This document shows positions 10,399 through 22,805 of a DNA stretch of 64,000 nucleotides, one piece after another. The DNA comes from Salinibacterium sp. GTDB lineage: Bacteria > Actinomycetota > Actinomycetes > Actinomycetales > Microbacteriaceae. A program made the position numbers and the translations under genes. Under the pieces are notes generated by a model, which made no database searches, was not told where the DNA came from, and saw nothing but the letters and a program-made list of their open reading frames with translations. Where the stretch lies: NCBI GenBank assembly GCA_019638845.1, contig JAHBSZ010000008.1, positions 11,790 to 75,789 of the forward strand. Reading direction: 5' to 3'. The first letter of the stretch is position 1. Every line of letters starts with the position of its first letter.

Positions 10399-10412
10399 GG
10401 GACTTAGGTCCC
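10399..10412. promoter_or_regulatory. GGGAC-N4-GTCCC palindrome (DosR/NarL-type box candidate)
   Basis: GGGACTTAGGTCCC about 70 bp upstream of the SHOCT-MCO operon. Confidence 0.45.
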
Positions 10413-10499
10413 ACGGAGCCCAATCTCCTGCCGGGCTGCTCATGGCCGACCGGTCACTGGTCGAGCATGACCTCGTCAAATGTGGTCCTTTTCTGCGTA

Positions 10500-10832
10500 T
10501 CAAATGTCCTTCACGACTGTGAGCAGGAACGCACAGTCCTCCACGGCTGTCAGTGCATGTCGCCCGTCAGGTATGACGAGGAGGTCGCCAACCCAGCCGC
10601 TCCAGCTGTCGTCGCCTGCGCTGAGAAGTATCCGTCCGTGCAGCACGTGGATGGTGGCCTCGCCAGGGCTTTCATGCTCGGACTGGCTTTCGCCTTCGCG
10701 AAGGGCGATCACGGTTTGCCGCAATTGATGTTCGTGGCCCCCGAAGACAGTTCGGGCGCTGCGACCGCTGGGCAACGTTACGGCGTGCGCAAGTTCTTCA
10801 CGTGCAAGGGCGGTCAGTGAGGTTTTCTGCAT
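10500..10832 (-). CDS. Cupin domain protein
   Basis: EHESPGEATIHVLHGR and RHALTA cupin motifs; GAGGAGGAG RBS. Confidence 0.8.
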   Translation of the reverse strand: MQKTSLTALAREELAHAVTLPSGRSARTVFGGHEHQLRQTVIALREGESQSEHESPGEATIHVLHGRILLSAGDDSWSGWVGDLLVIPDGRHALTAVEDCAFLLTVVKDI

Positions 10833-10889
10833 GCGGTTGGCTCCTCCTCGTTGCCGGGTGCCACTCGCTCTGGTTGGCCCCCGTTGCGA

Positions 10890-12725
10890 TCACTCTGTGA
10901 CGGTGATGATCATGGTCAACCCGCCAGCCCCGTCCATTTCGACGTTGTTGTTGGTGGTGTGGTGGTTGATGTGACAGTGGATGAGCCATTGCCCTGGTTC
11001 GAGAGCGGTCCAGATCACGTCGTATCGCTGCCCCGGACCGACGTTGACGGTGTCGGCCTTGTAGCGTTGATCGACGTCGAGTGAGTTGCCGTCGACGGCC
11101 ACGACAGTGAACGGGCCGCCATGGATGTGCATCGGGTGTATGTCGACGGAGTCCGTGCCGATGAACCTGACCTTGACGGTTTCGCCGACCTTCATGTTGA
11201 TGGTCTCGGTAGCTGGGTATGACTTGCCGTTGATGGTGAAGTAGTTGGCTAGTCCACCTTCCATCGGCATCGCGGGGTAGGTGAGCCCTTCACGTTCGAG
11301 CCATTGGCCGAGCTGGATCGTGTAGTCGTGGTCCGCAACCACCTCCTGGCTTGGGTCGGCCGGGGTGATGACTATCGCCCCGTACAGTCCCAGTGTCTGC
11401 TGGCGGTCGGCGTGGTCGTGGGAGTGGTAAAAGTAGGTGCCCCACTGCTTTACGGTGTATTCGTAGATATAGGTCTCCCCTGGCTTGATCGGGTCTTGGG
11501 TGATCCCGGCTGGGCCGTCCATGTCGTTGGGTACGTCGAGGCCGTGCCAGTGTACGGTCGTCGTCTCGTCGAGTTCGTTGGTGACCTCGACGCGGACTCG
11601 GTCGCCTTGGGTGAACTCGAGTCGTGGTCCGGGGATCTGGCCGTTGTACGCGTACGCGTCGACAGTCTGGCCGGGGTAAATCTCCCACCGGACCATCGAC
11701 ACGGTGAGCTTGAACACCTTCACACCGTTCTCAATAGTGGGCGCCAGGACCTGGTCGCCACGGTCGGATGACCCGTAGCTTGCGGTGACACTGTTGGGAT
11801 CCACCGCAGCCATGTCGACCATCGCCTCGGCCGGGGTGTCACGGGTCATGATCATGCCTGGCGGCATGATCAGTCCACCGACGTCGCGAGCGCTTAGCGT
11901 CATGTTGACCGAGTTCGCCGGCGCAATCATCCCAACCGTGAGGGCGAGGGTAGCGATGCCGGCAACCGCGACCAACTGGGAACGGGTGACCCCGGACCGG
12001 GACATGGAGTGCTCGGCCTTCGGCTCCGGATGGCCTTGATGCTGCTTCGTCGAGACGGGTGCGCGCTGGGTCATTAGACCGTGCTTGAGCCCGTTGCGCA
12101 CCAGCCACACATTCGCCGGATAGGCGAGAGCGAATCCGGCCGCGACCCCAACGGACATGACGCCCCAGAAGATCAGCTCCGTGGGGTCCATGGCGCGCAT
12201 GTCGCGCCCCATCATGAGAAAAGTCATCACTGGCGCCATCCCGGCCATCATGAAGTTCATGCTGATGAACTCCGGCAGAAAGGACCGTCGGACGTTCTGC
12301 AGGAAGCTGCCACCCATGACGTTCTTCATGAACAGCGCCTGGAAAATCAGCAGACCGAAGGTGAAGCCGGCGAGGTATTCAATGATCAGGTCCAGCCACA
12401 TCGGAAGGCCGAGCGCGGCGGTGATAACGGCGGCGGCGATGATGCCGGTGGCATCGCCGGCCACACAGTGAATGGTGGACCCGATTCCTTGCTTCCAGAG
12501 GGGTTTGATGAACTCCTCGTGCTCGCCCGGGCGTGGCTCCTTGTCGGCGAGCACATAGAGCAGCAGCCCGATCGGCCCTAGGTACAGGGTGACGAGGATG
12601 AAACCCCACTTCATCACCGCAGGTTCGGGGTTGTTGCGGAACTGATCGACGCCTACGTAGATGGTGCTGGCAAGCGCCAATACGAACCATGCCGCGAGGA
12701 AATAGTCGATCGGCTGGATGAACAT
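10890..12725 (-). CDS. DUF4396 membrane domain fused to a two-domain multicopper oxidase
   Basis: About 7 TM N-terminus with HCVAG and MNFMMAGM; C-terminal HWHG, YHSH, HPMHIHG and HCHINHH motifs. Confidence 0.82.
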   Translation of the reverse strand: MFIQPIDYFLAAWFVLALASTIYVGVDQFRNNPEPAVMKWGFILVTLYLGPIGLLLYVLADKEPRPGEHEEFIKPLWKQGIGSTIHCVAGDATGIIAAAVITAALGLPMWLDLIIEYLAGFTFGLLIFQALFMKNVMGGSFLQNVRRSFLPEFISMNFMMAGMAPVMTFLMMGRDMRAMDPTELIFWGVMSVGVAAGFALAYPANVWLVRNGLKHGLMTQRAPVSTKQHQGHPEPKAEHSMSRSGVTRSQLVAVAGIATLALTVGMIAPANSVNMTLSARDVGGLIMPPGMIMTRDTPAEAMVDMAAVDPNSVTASYGSSDRGDQVLAPTIENGVKVFKLTVSMVRWEIYPGQTVDAYAYNGQIPGPRLEFTQGDRVRVEVTNELDETTTVHWHGLDVPNDMDGPAGITQDPIKPGETYIYEYTVKQWGTYFYHSHDHADRQQTLGLYGAIVITPADPSQEVVADHDYTIQLGQWLEREGLTYPAMPMEGGLANYFTINGKSYPATETINMKVGETVKVRFIGTDSVDIHPMHIHGGPFTVVAVDGNSLDVDQRYKADTVNVGPGQRYDVIWTALEPGQWLIHCHINHHTTNNNVEMDGAGGLTMIITVTE

Positions 12726-12770
12726 CAGATCCCTCTCACAGTGCGGAATGATCCCTACCACAGCCAACTT

Positions 12771-12787
12771 ATACCCCTAAGGGGTAT
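12771..12787. promoter_or_regulatory. CsoR operator in the divergent MCO / copA promoter
   Basis: Perfect palindrome ATACCCCT-A-AGGGGTAT (TAC/C-tract...G-tract/GTA CsoR pattern) overlapping TATGAT (12785-12790); csoR lies in the same operon. Confidence 0.85.
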
Positions 12788-12844
12788 GATCGTTCATGTT
12801 CCCCTCCGCGTCGCACGAAGGGCAAGACCAAGGAGCGCTCTGTC

Positions 12845-15589
<2,745 letters not shown>

Positions 15590-15607
15590 TTAGATACGGA
15601 AGGCGCG

Positions 15608-15889
15608 ATGAACGGCTACGTCGGCAACAAGAGCGCCCTGCTGGCGCGGCTGCGCCGAATTGAAGGACAGGTGAGGGGGTTGGCACGGATGGTCGATGAG
15701 GACACCTACTGCATCGACGTGCTCACCCAAGTATCAGCAACGACGAGAGCCCTCGAAGCTGTGGCGCTGTCACTCCTCGATGATCATCTGATGCACTGCG
15801 TCGCCGAAGCAACTGCACAAGGCGGTCAAGTCGCCGAGGACAAGCTCCACGAGGCAAGCGCAGCGATCGCGCGGCTGGTTCGGTCATAA
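15608..15889 (+). CDS. csoR: Copper-sensing repressor CsoR
   Basis: RLRRIEGQVRGL, YCIDVLTQ and HLMHC ligands. Confidence 0.92.
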   Translation: MNGYVGNKSALLARLRRIEGQVRGLARMVDEDTYCIDVLTQVSATTRALEAVALSLLDDHLMHCVAEATAQGGQVAEDKLHEASAAIARLVRS

Positions 15890-16178
15890 GGTGCGACCCT
15901 AGTTGACCTTGCAGCGCAAACGCAGGCGATTTCCTTTGAATCTCGACACTGGTGGGATGCGTCGGCTCGGGCTATTTCGCGCCAGGTGTCGCGCAACTCC
16001 TCGCGTATAGCCCCATGACTATCGGGCATCTAGCACAAGTCGGCCTACTATCGCAAAGCCTTGCCGCACAAATGCCTCCCGAGTATCTCTAGTTGAGAGC
16101 CTCACCAACGGGAATGTGTCGGCGGCAAACCCAGCACGAGAATGAGCGCTGATTCTGCAACGCGAAAGGGGCACCACC

Positions 16179-16763
16179 ATGGCATCTCAGGGCAAAAACG
16201 ACCAGAACGACGTGGCTGACAAGAAGAAGGGTGACCAGCCCGCTCAGCGGCGAATGTATCTTCTTTTTGGCGCAATGATTCTCACGTCAACGACCGTGAT
16301 GTTTCTTCTTACTTACACCAACGCCTTCAGTATCGATCACGTGCGGTGGAGCGAGGAACGTTTCTACATGGCCCTACTCATGGGTTCAGCGATGGCCATC
16401 ATCATGCTGTGTTTCATGTGGGCGATGATGTACCGCAATGTGAAAGTCAACGTCGCGATTATTGTGGCCGCATTGGTTCTCGGCGGTGCAGGCCTTGGTC
16501 TGTCCAGGTCGCAGATCCTTGTCGATGATGTGGCCTATATGGACGGGATGATTCCTCATCACTCGATCGCAATTCTCACCAGTGAGCGTGCCAACATCGA
16601 CGACCTTCGGGTTCGCAAGCTGGCTGACGGAATTATCGATGCACAGGTCAAGGAGATAGCCGAGATGAAGTGGCTGGTCGATGACATCGCCGCAAATGGC
16701 AAGGCGACCACCCAAGAGGAGGCAGACCGCCGACCCGTTCCCGAATTCGACGGTGCGCCCTGA
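16179..16763 (+). CDS. DUF305 (CopM-like) membrane protein
   Basis: Met-rich TM helices, MIPHHSIAI and QVKEIAEM motifs. Confidence 0.82.
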   Translation: MASQGKNDQNDVADKKKGDQPAQRRMYLLFGAMILTSTTVMFLLTYTNAFSIDHVRWSEERFYMALLMGSAMAIIMLCFMWAMMYRNVKVNVAIIVAALVLGGAGLGLSRSQILVDDVAYMDGMIPHHSIAILTSERANIDDLRVRKLADGIIDAQVKEIAEMKWLVDDIAANGKATTQEEADRRPVPEFDGAP

Positions 16764-16866
16764 GGCCGGCCTCACAGAGGGTCTGCATCACCCGCTTTGG
16801 AGGCTACGTCTGAGCGACGAGCGCCTCGGTCGACGATGTCTCTGGGTCCCCACGTATTGCGCCAGC

Positions 16867-16946
16867 TGACTCGTCCCGGTGTGTCCGAAACGTGATTCCC
16901 TGAAAGGATCAGTTTCATGGCAGGGCAACAACGACGTTCGCATGGT
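16867..16946 (+). mobile_element. IS3-family (IS6110-like) left-end relic
   Basis: TGACTCGTCCCGGTGTGTCCG resembles an IS3/IS51-group IRL, followed by GAAAGGAT RBS and ATGGCAGG orfA start; no transposase follows. Confidence 0.5.
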
Positions 16947-17101
16947 CCGGCTCCGGCGTTCCGCGGTCGACATGATTGCAATCCCCCGTGAGGAGGAGCG
17001 ACGCGGGTGCCGCGGTTACGGCAATGCCGTCGGCCAATTGACAGGTTCGAAGAACATCGAATCAAGTACCCTAAAGACATCGTGAAGCGGAGGGTGGCCA
17101 G

Positions 17102-17527
17102 GTGAATGCGATGTTGACGCTTTCGTCGCGTCCACGCTCTAGTTGGCGTCGCGTATTAATCGCACTGCTCGCTGTGCCCGCAATCCTTATCGGGCTGATC
17201 GCCATGCACTTCCTCGCTTCGGAGACGCTGGCGCCCGAGAGTCACTCCGTCAGCGTGTCAGTTGCCGATTCGCAGGCACTCTTGGTCACGCACAACGAGA
17301 CCCCCGCGCCTGTGGGCTGCAGTGAGGTATGCGCCCCCACCGACGACATGCTGGGGATGGCATGCGTGCTTGCGCTCTTGGTCTCGGCCGTCCTCCTCGT
17401 TATCCACGTCCTTCTTTTCCGGTACCACACTGTTGTTTCGGTCCTTCGCCGGATAGTCGCGCGTCTGTCCGCGCTAGCACCGCCATTGCCACCGTCCCTT
17501 CACGTCCTCTCTATTAGTCGAACCTGA
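17102..17527 (+). CDS. DUF6153-like two-TM Cys/His protein (leader paralog 1)
   Basis: AMH...CSEVC...ACVLAL; C-terminus PPSLHVLSISRT-stop. Confidence 0.72.
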   Translation: MNAMLTLSSRPRSSWRRVLIALLAVPAILIGLIAMHFLASETLAPESHSVSVSVADSQALLVTHNETPAPVGCSEVCAPTDDMLGMACVLALLVSAVLLVIHVLLFRYHTVVSVLRRIVARLSALAPPLPPSLHVLSISRT

Positions 17528-17608
17528 TTCGTTGTCGTCCGGTGATCCCGGGCGAAGGCCGCATGCGGCGAAGCGTTTCAATCATTCGACTAGTAGAAAG
17601 AATCTCAA

Positions 17609-18190
17609 TTGAAGATCCGCACAATCGCGCTCCTATCCGGTGCGCTTGCAACGACATTGGCCCTTGCCGGATGCTCGATGGTGGGCCCGAACACGGGAGA
17701 CGGCTCCTCGCCGACAACCTCCAGCTCATCTGAGTCGTCCAGCGCGAACAGCGCCGACATCACCTTCGCCATGCAAATGGTTGCCCATCACGAACAGGCG
17801 GTCGAGATGGCCCAGATGGTGCTGGACAAGGAGGGTGTGGACCCGAGGGTCACCAAGCTTGCACAGAATATCAAGGACGCCCAAGGTCCTGAGATCGACA
17901 CGATGAACCAGTGGCTGGATAGCTGGGGAGCCGGCGGCCCGATGGACGGTATGGACATGGGCGGAACCATGTCGGACGCGGACATGGCTGCTTTGGAGGC
18001 TGCCTCGGGTTCAGAAGCAAACAGGCTGTTCCTTGAGCAGATGACCGTGCACCATAAGGGCGCCATCGATATGGCCAAAACCGAACTGCAGGACGGCCAG
18101 AACGCTGATGCGCTCGCTCTCGCCCAGAAAATCGTCGACGACCAGACGGCAGAGATCGCCCGCATGAAGGACCTCCTCGGCACCCTGTAA
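17609..18190 (+). CDS. DUF305 (CopM-like) lipoprotein
   Basis: Lipobox LAGC; two MxxHH motifs (MVAHHEQA, MTVHHKGA); Met-rich linker. Confidence 0.88.
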   Translation: MKIRTIALLSGALATTLALAGCSMVGPNTGDGSSPTTSSSSESSSANSADITFAMQMVAHHEQAVEMAQMVLDKEGVDPRVTKLAQNIKDAQGPEIDTMNQWLDSWGAGGPMDGMDMGGTMSDADMAALEAASGSEANRLFLEQMTVHHKGAIDMAKTELQDGQNADALALAQKIVDDQTAEIARMKDLLGTL

Positions 18191-18210
18191 CACCTGCCAG
18201 GACCTAGTCC

Positions 18211-18244
18211 AGGGCCGTGGTGGCCTGTGTCCCGCCACGGCCCT
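18211..18244 (+). terminator. GC-rich hairpin after DUF305
   Basis: AGGGCCGTGG / CCACGGCCCT perfect 10-bp stem; no U-tract. Confidence 0.45.
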
Positions 18245-18291
18245 CCACTCGATCTCGTATGGCCGCCTCTTGGCGCCCAGTTTGGATTCCA

Positions 18292-19137
18292 ATGAATTAC
18301 CTATACCCGGATGCCCCGGCAACTCCTACCCGTCGCGAGAGTCTCCGGGCCGAAACGACAGCACGACTCTGGCAGCGCCGACGCGGCCAGCTGGCTCGCA
18401 GCGGCCTAGATCGCCTCCGTGCAACCGGACCTAGGGCATCGCGCACCTTTCGGAGTAGCGCGAAGGGGGCCGGCGCGATCGTTTTAGTGGCAATGCTGGT
18501 GGGTACCTACCTCCTGCCCGCCTATGCCACGTCGGAATTACCGACTTCCGCAAGAGTTTCCGACCAGCCCGTGCAACTTCAGTCCCTACGTGTCTCCGGC
18601 ACCAGCACGATGGATGCGGACGCCTCCGCCAACCGTGACGGCTTTACCGTTACCAAGACTGTCCCTGCGGGCGCGCCATATTCACGCACCGACGACACCT
18701 TCACGAATAACCCGAACTCGCCAATTCAATGGCCCTTCCTCGTCGGAGCACCGATCAGCAGCTGGTTCGGATACCGCGATTGCGACGGGTGTCCAACCTT
18801 CCACAAAGGCATCGACATCAACCCTGGGCTGGGTACCCCCATCCAGGCGATCGCCGACGGAGTGGTCACGGAAGTTGGTGCCGGTGGCTGGGACTACGGA
18901 ACCTACGTGATCATCACCCACCAGATCGACGGGCAAGTCATCGGCAGCCGCTATGCGCACATGATCGAAGGGTCATCCCCCTTGGTGGTGGGAGACGTTG
19001 TGAAGGTCGGCGCGTTCGTCGGTCAGGTCGGCAGCACCGGCAACAGCACCGGCGCGCACCTGCACCTCGAGATACTTCTCGACGGCGTAACTCCCACGGA
19101 TCCTTACGCCTGGATGAAAGCGAAGATCGGCTCATGA
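18292..19137 (+). CDS. M23 family peptidase
   Basis: HKGID and HLHLE zinc motifs; N-terminal TM ending LPAYA. Confidence 0.88.
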   Translation: MNYLYPDAPATPTRRESLRAETTARLWQRRRGQLARSGLDRLRATGPRASRTFRSSAKGAGAIVLVAMLVGTYLLPAYATSELPTSARVSDQPVQLQSLRVSGTSTMDADASANRDGFTVTKTVPAGAPYSRTDDTFTNNPNSPIQWPFLVGAPISSWFGYRDCDGCPTFHKGIDINPGLGTPIQAIADGVVTEVGAGGWDYGTYVIITHQIDGQVIGSRYAHMIEGSSPLVVGDVVKVGAFVGQVGSTGNSTGAHLHLEILLDGVTPTDPYAWMKAKIGS

Positions 19138-19736
19138 GCGGGCGTCGGCAGTCCGCTCGAGCGAATGCGATCCTGCGGACTGCAGCACTGTCCGCCGTCG
19201 TCGTGCTCGGCTTGAGTGCCTGCGTGGAAACCCCGTCGCTAGCGGGCAGTGCTGGCTCGGGCTACTCGTCCGTTGGCCCGGTGACGGAAATCGCTGCAGC
19301 CGAACGTGGTGACCCCATCGCGTTCTCGGGGACCTTTGACACAGGGATCAGCGGGTCGTCCGAAGACTGGCTCGGCAGCGTTGTGGTAGTCAACTTCTGG
19401 TACGCCGGGTGCGCCCCCTGTCGCGCCGAGGCACCCGATCTTGAGGCGCTGAACATCAAGTACCAGCCTGACGGCGTGCAGTTCGTCGGGGTAAACGTAA
19501 GAGATCAGGCCGGGACCGCCCAGTCCTTCGCTGACGCGTTCGGGATCACGTACCCGTCCTTCCTGGACGCTGACGGCGGCGAAATCCAGCTGGCCTTCGC
19601 CGGCGAAATTGCTCCGGATGCGGTGCCGACCACCCTTGTGCTTGACCGGCAGGGACGAATCGCGGCGCGCATCGTCGGACGGCTCGACAAGTCCGTTCTG
19701 AACACGCTAATCGGCGATGCGGTCGCCGAGCAATGA
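19134..19736 (+). CDS. TlpA/ResA-like thiol-disulfide oxidoreductase lipoprotein
   Basis: Lipobox LSAC; VNFWYAGCAPC and VPTT motifs. Confidence 0.9.
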   Translation: MSGRRQSARANAILRTAALSAVVVLGLSACVETPSLAGSAGSGYSSVGPVTEIAAAERGDPIAFSGTFDTGISGSSEDWLGSVVVVNFWYAGCAPCRAEAPDLEALNIKYQPDGVQFVGVNVRDQAGTAQSFADAFGITYPSFLDADGGEIQLAFAGEIAPDAVPTTLVLDRQGRIAARIVGRLDKSVLNTLIGDAVAEQ

Positions 19737-19788
19737 GACCCGCACACGAACGACGCACCCCACCCATCCGAAAGGTGAGAACCATTCC

Positions 19789-20655
19789 ATGCTCCCGATA
19801 GCGATCCCCAGTCCTGACATCAGTTTCATCGATATCGGGCCGTTACGGATTCACTTCTACGCACTATTCATGCTTGCCGCCATCGCCGCGGCAACGGCGA
19901 TCACTGGACGCCGAATGCGCCGACTCGACTTCCCCAGCGGTGCTGCCGTAGACATCGCGATCTGGGCTGTGCCTATCGGGATATTGGGCGGACGTCTGTA
20001 CCACGTGTTCACGCACCCGACCGATTATTTCTACGCGGGCGCGGACCTCTGGAGGGTGCTCTACGTGTGGGAGGGTGGGCTGGCCATCTTCGGCTCGATC
20101 ACATTCGGCGCGTTGGGGGCATGGATTGGCGCGCGGCGCCGCGGAGTGCCGTTCGTGGTCTTCGCCGATGCTCTTGCGCCCGGCCTTCTCTTGGCTCAGG
20201 CCATTGGGCGTATCGGCAACTACTTCAACCAAGAACTGTTCGGGACCCCAACTACCCTCCCGTGGGGACTCGAGATCAATCCGAACAGCCCTGCATTCCC
20301 GGACGGGCTCCCGGCGGGCACCCTCTTCCACCCTCTGTTTCTCTACGAGATGCTCTGGAACCTGGCCGGCATCATCGTCATCCTCGGAATAGAACGGCTC
20401 ACCCGACGTCGTCCCGGATTCGCCATCGGCACCTATTTCATCTGGTACGGCATCGGCAGGGCCTGGTTCGAATCCTTCCGTCTGGACCCCACCGAGCTCG
20501 AGCTGCTCGGCGTAAAGATCAACATCATCACCGCGGGCGCGGCCGCTGTGGTCGGTGCCTGCATCCTCGCCATCTACATGAATCGCAGGAACAGTCTGTC
20601 CGCTGCGGTCAGGGACCAGACCCTCGACCAACCCTCAAAGGTCAACCAGCAGTGA
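19789..20655 (+). CDS. lgt: Prolipoprotein diacylglyceryl transferase
   Basis: GGRLYHV, WEGGLAIFG, GRIGNYFNQELFG and HPLFLYE motifs. Confidence 0.93.
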   Translation: MLPIAIPSPDISFIDIGPLRIHFYALFMLAAIAAATAITGRRMRRLDFPSGAAVDIAIWAVPIGILGGRLYHVFTHPTDYFYAGADLWRVLYVWEGGLAIFGSITFGALGAWIGARRRGVPFVVFADALAPGLLLAQAIGRIGNYFNQELFGTPTTLPWGLEINPNSPAFPDGLPAGTLFHPLFLYEMLWNLAGIIVILGIERLTRRRPGFAIGTYFIWYGIGRAWFESFRLDPTELELLGVKINIITAGAAAVVGACILAIYMNRRNSLSAAVRDQTLDQPSKVNQQ

Positions 20656-22367
20656 CGCTCCGAATGGGCAGGGTCGAGGATGAAGCAGGCGAAGCCAGTG
20701 GTCGGCCCGACGACCATTTTGATCGCGGAGCACCTTCGACGGTCGTCTCCCCGCCGCTTAGCGTCATTGGGTGGGCCGGCTGGGCGTGGCGCCAACTCAC
20801 GAGTATGCGAACCGCGCTGCTGCTGCTTCTGCTGCTGGCACTGGCTGCAGTGCCCGGGTCGCTATTTCCCCAGCGTTCGTCCGACCCAAACGGGGTGGTT
20901 CAGTACTTCAAATCCAACCCATCTGGCGCGAAAACGATCGATGCGCTGCAGCTCTTCACCGTGTATACCTCCGTTTGGTTCTCGGCGATCTACCTCCTGC
21001 TCTTCATCTCCCTGATCGGGTGTGTCATACCCCGCACTCGACACCACTGGTCTGCTTTGCGGCAGTCCCCTCCACGAACCCCCCGAAACATGGCTCGGCT
21101 TCCCGCTTACGAGCGTCGAACGTTCACCTTCGCCGAGAACCAAGTCGAGCCGATGCCGGCCATTCGCGCGGCTGAACGCGTCCTTCGAGCACAGCGGTAC
21201 AGGACCCGCCTGTATGAAAACGACAACGCAGCCGACGGAGCCGACACAGTGTCCATCTCAGCAGAGCGCGGGTATCTGCGGGAAACCGGAAATCTGGTCT
21301 TCCACGTGGCACTGATCGGAATACTGCTGACGGTCGCGATCGGGGGCGGATTCACATATACCGGCCAGCGGGTCGTCGTCGAGGGCCAAACCTTCGTCAA
21401 CACGCGGTCCGCCTACGACTCCTTCACTCCGGGGCGATTCTTCAACGACTCCCAGCTCGAGCCCTACTCCCTGACCCTGAACGCGTTCTCCGTCACCTAC
21501 GTCGAAGACAACCCCTCCACCCTCGGATTCATCACCGACTACACGGCCTCCGTCAGCACACAAGAACAGAACGTACCCCAGGGCGTGCGCTCACAGGTTC
21601 GGGTCAACGAGCCGCTCACGATCGATTCCACCGAGGTCTACCTTCTGGGCAACGGCTACGCCCCCGAGATTGTCGTCAAAAATCCCGCAGGCGACGTCGT
21701 GTTCACGGACACCATCCCCTTCCTCCCCCAGGATGCAAACCTCACAAGCCTAGGCGTCATTAAAGTGCCCGACGGTCTCGCTGATCAGGTGGGAATGATC
21801 GGGTTCTTTTACCCGACGAAGGCCGCCTCGGCCAGCGGAGCATTCGCTTCCATCTATCCCGACCTGCAAAACCCCGTGCTTACCCTCAACGTGTACACGG
21901 GCGATCTTGGGCTCAGTGATGGAGACCCCAAGTCGGTCTACGCACTAGATACCTCCAAGATGACGCAGATCGCAGGGCGCGGGACCACAATCCCCGCGAT
22001 CGAGGTCCGGCCCGGCGAATCCGCACTGCTTCCCAACGGACTTGGCAGTGTCGAATTCGTGGATACGAAGCGGTTTGCGTCTTTCGACATCTCACACGAC
22101 CCGACGAAGGGCTTCATGTTGTTCTTTGCGATCTCGGTCGTCGCAGGTCTCGCCGCCGCCTTCTTCGTACCTCGGCGTCGCGTCTGGGTGCGAGCCAGCG
22201 GGGGCCCGCACAACCTCGCGGTCGAATACGGAGGGTTATCGCGTGGAGACGACCCAGCCCTTGAGGCGGTCATCGGGACCTTCGTCAGCCACCACGCCAA
22301 CGCACTCGAGCAACTATCCAGTCCCCTCAAAAGAAAGGTATCTCGACATCATGAACCCCAAGAATAA
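20652..22367 (+). CDS. resB: Cytochrome c biogenesis protein ResB/CcsB (copy 1)
   Basis: LTSMRTALLLL, VYTSVWF, GNLVFH and VNEPL motifs; C-terminal RRRVW. Confidence 0.9.
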   Translation: MTLRMGRVEDEAGEASGRPDDHFDRGAPSTVVSPPLSVIGWAGWAWRQLTSMRTALLLLLLLALAAVPGSLFPQRSSDPNGVVQYFKSNPSGAKTIDALQLFTVYTSVWFSAIYLLLFISLIGCVIPRTRHHWSALRQSPPRTPRNMARLPAYERRTFTFAENQVEPMPAIRAAERVLRAQRYRTRLYENDNAADGADTVSISAERGYLRETGNLVFHVALIGILLTVAIGGGFTYTGQRVVVEGQTFVNTRSAYDSFTPGRFFNDSQLEPYSLTLNAFSVTYVEDNPSTLGFITDYTASVSTQEQNVPQGVRSQVRVNEPLTIDSTEVYLLGNGYAPEIVVKNPAGDVVFTDTIPFLPQDANLTSLGVIKVPDGLADQVGMIGFFYPTKAASASGAFASIYPDLQNPVLTLNVYTGDLGLSDGDPKSVYALDTSKMTQIAGRGTTIPAIEVRPGESALLPNGLGSVEFVDTKRFASFDISHDPTKGFMLFFAISVVAGLAAAFFVPRRRVWVRASGGPHNLAVEYGGLSRGDDPALEAVIGTFVSHHANALEQLSSPLKRKVSRHHEPQE

Positions 22368-22623
22368 GAAGGCTCCCGCACCGTACGATGCAGAGAAGAG
22401 TTGGCGTCTGCACCGTCGGTTGGTGCGGGTCGGCCAGGCTCTCATGCTGGCCGGTGCCGTGGTCGCTATCACGCACTGGCTGGCGCACCTCGAGGCGTTT
22501 GGTCCGGGACAGCCTCCCGGGTGGCTGGACCTTGCGGCGGGCTACCCAATGGGCGGCATACTGCTTGTCTTCGGCGCGATCCTCGCTGGAAGAAAACGTC
22601 CCACATCCAACCCTCGAACATGA
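22351..22623 (+). CDS. Small two-TM hypothetical membrane protein
   Basis: 90-aa ORF with GAAAGG RBS, overlapping the resB end. Confidence 0.6.
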   Translation: MNPKNKKAPAPYDAEKSWRLHRRLVRVGQALMLAGAVVAITHWLAHLEAFGPGQPPGWLDLAAGYPMGGILLVFGAILAGRKRPTSNPRT

Positions 22624-22805
22624 TCGAGAACTTCTGGCTCAACGCATTATGGTCGCTGGCGCCCACAGTCATGGTCGGACTGATCTTCTGGTTAGTCATC
22701 AGGTCGATCATTCATGCGGACCGCAACGAGCGGAAAGCCCAAGCGAAGGTAGAGAGAGAGGAACGCGCGAAGTTCGCCGCTAGCAGGAAGGTAGCTGATG
22801 GGTGA
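22620..22805 (+). CDS. Small single-TM protein (paralog of 30778-30957)
   Basis: MIENFWLNALWSLAPTVMVGLIFW...ADRNERK; ATGA coupling on both sides. Confidence 0.75.
   Translation: MIENFWLNALWSLAPTVMVGLIFWLVIRSIIHADRNERKAQAKVEREERAKFAASRKVADG

Noticed and set aside
17038-17072. Sigma-A promoter using TTGACA at 17038
   Set aside because: The nearest TAnnnT (TACCCT, 17067) gives a 23-bp spacer, too long for a canonical pair.
16772-17085. Short ORFs in the DUF305 to leader intergenic region
   Set aside because: No RBS or motif support; the region is better explained as an IS relic plus promoter.
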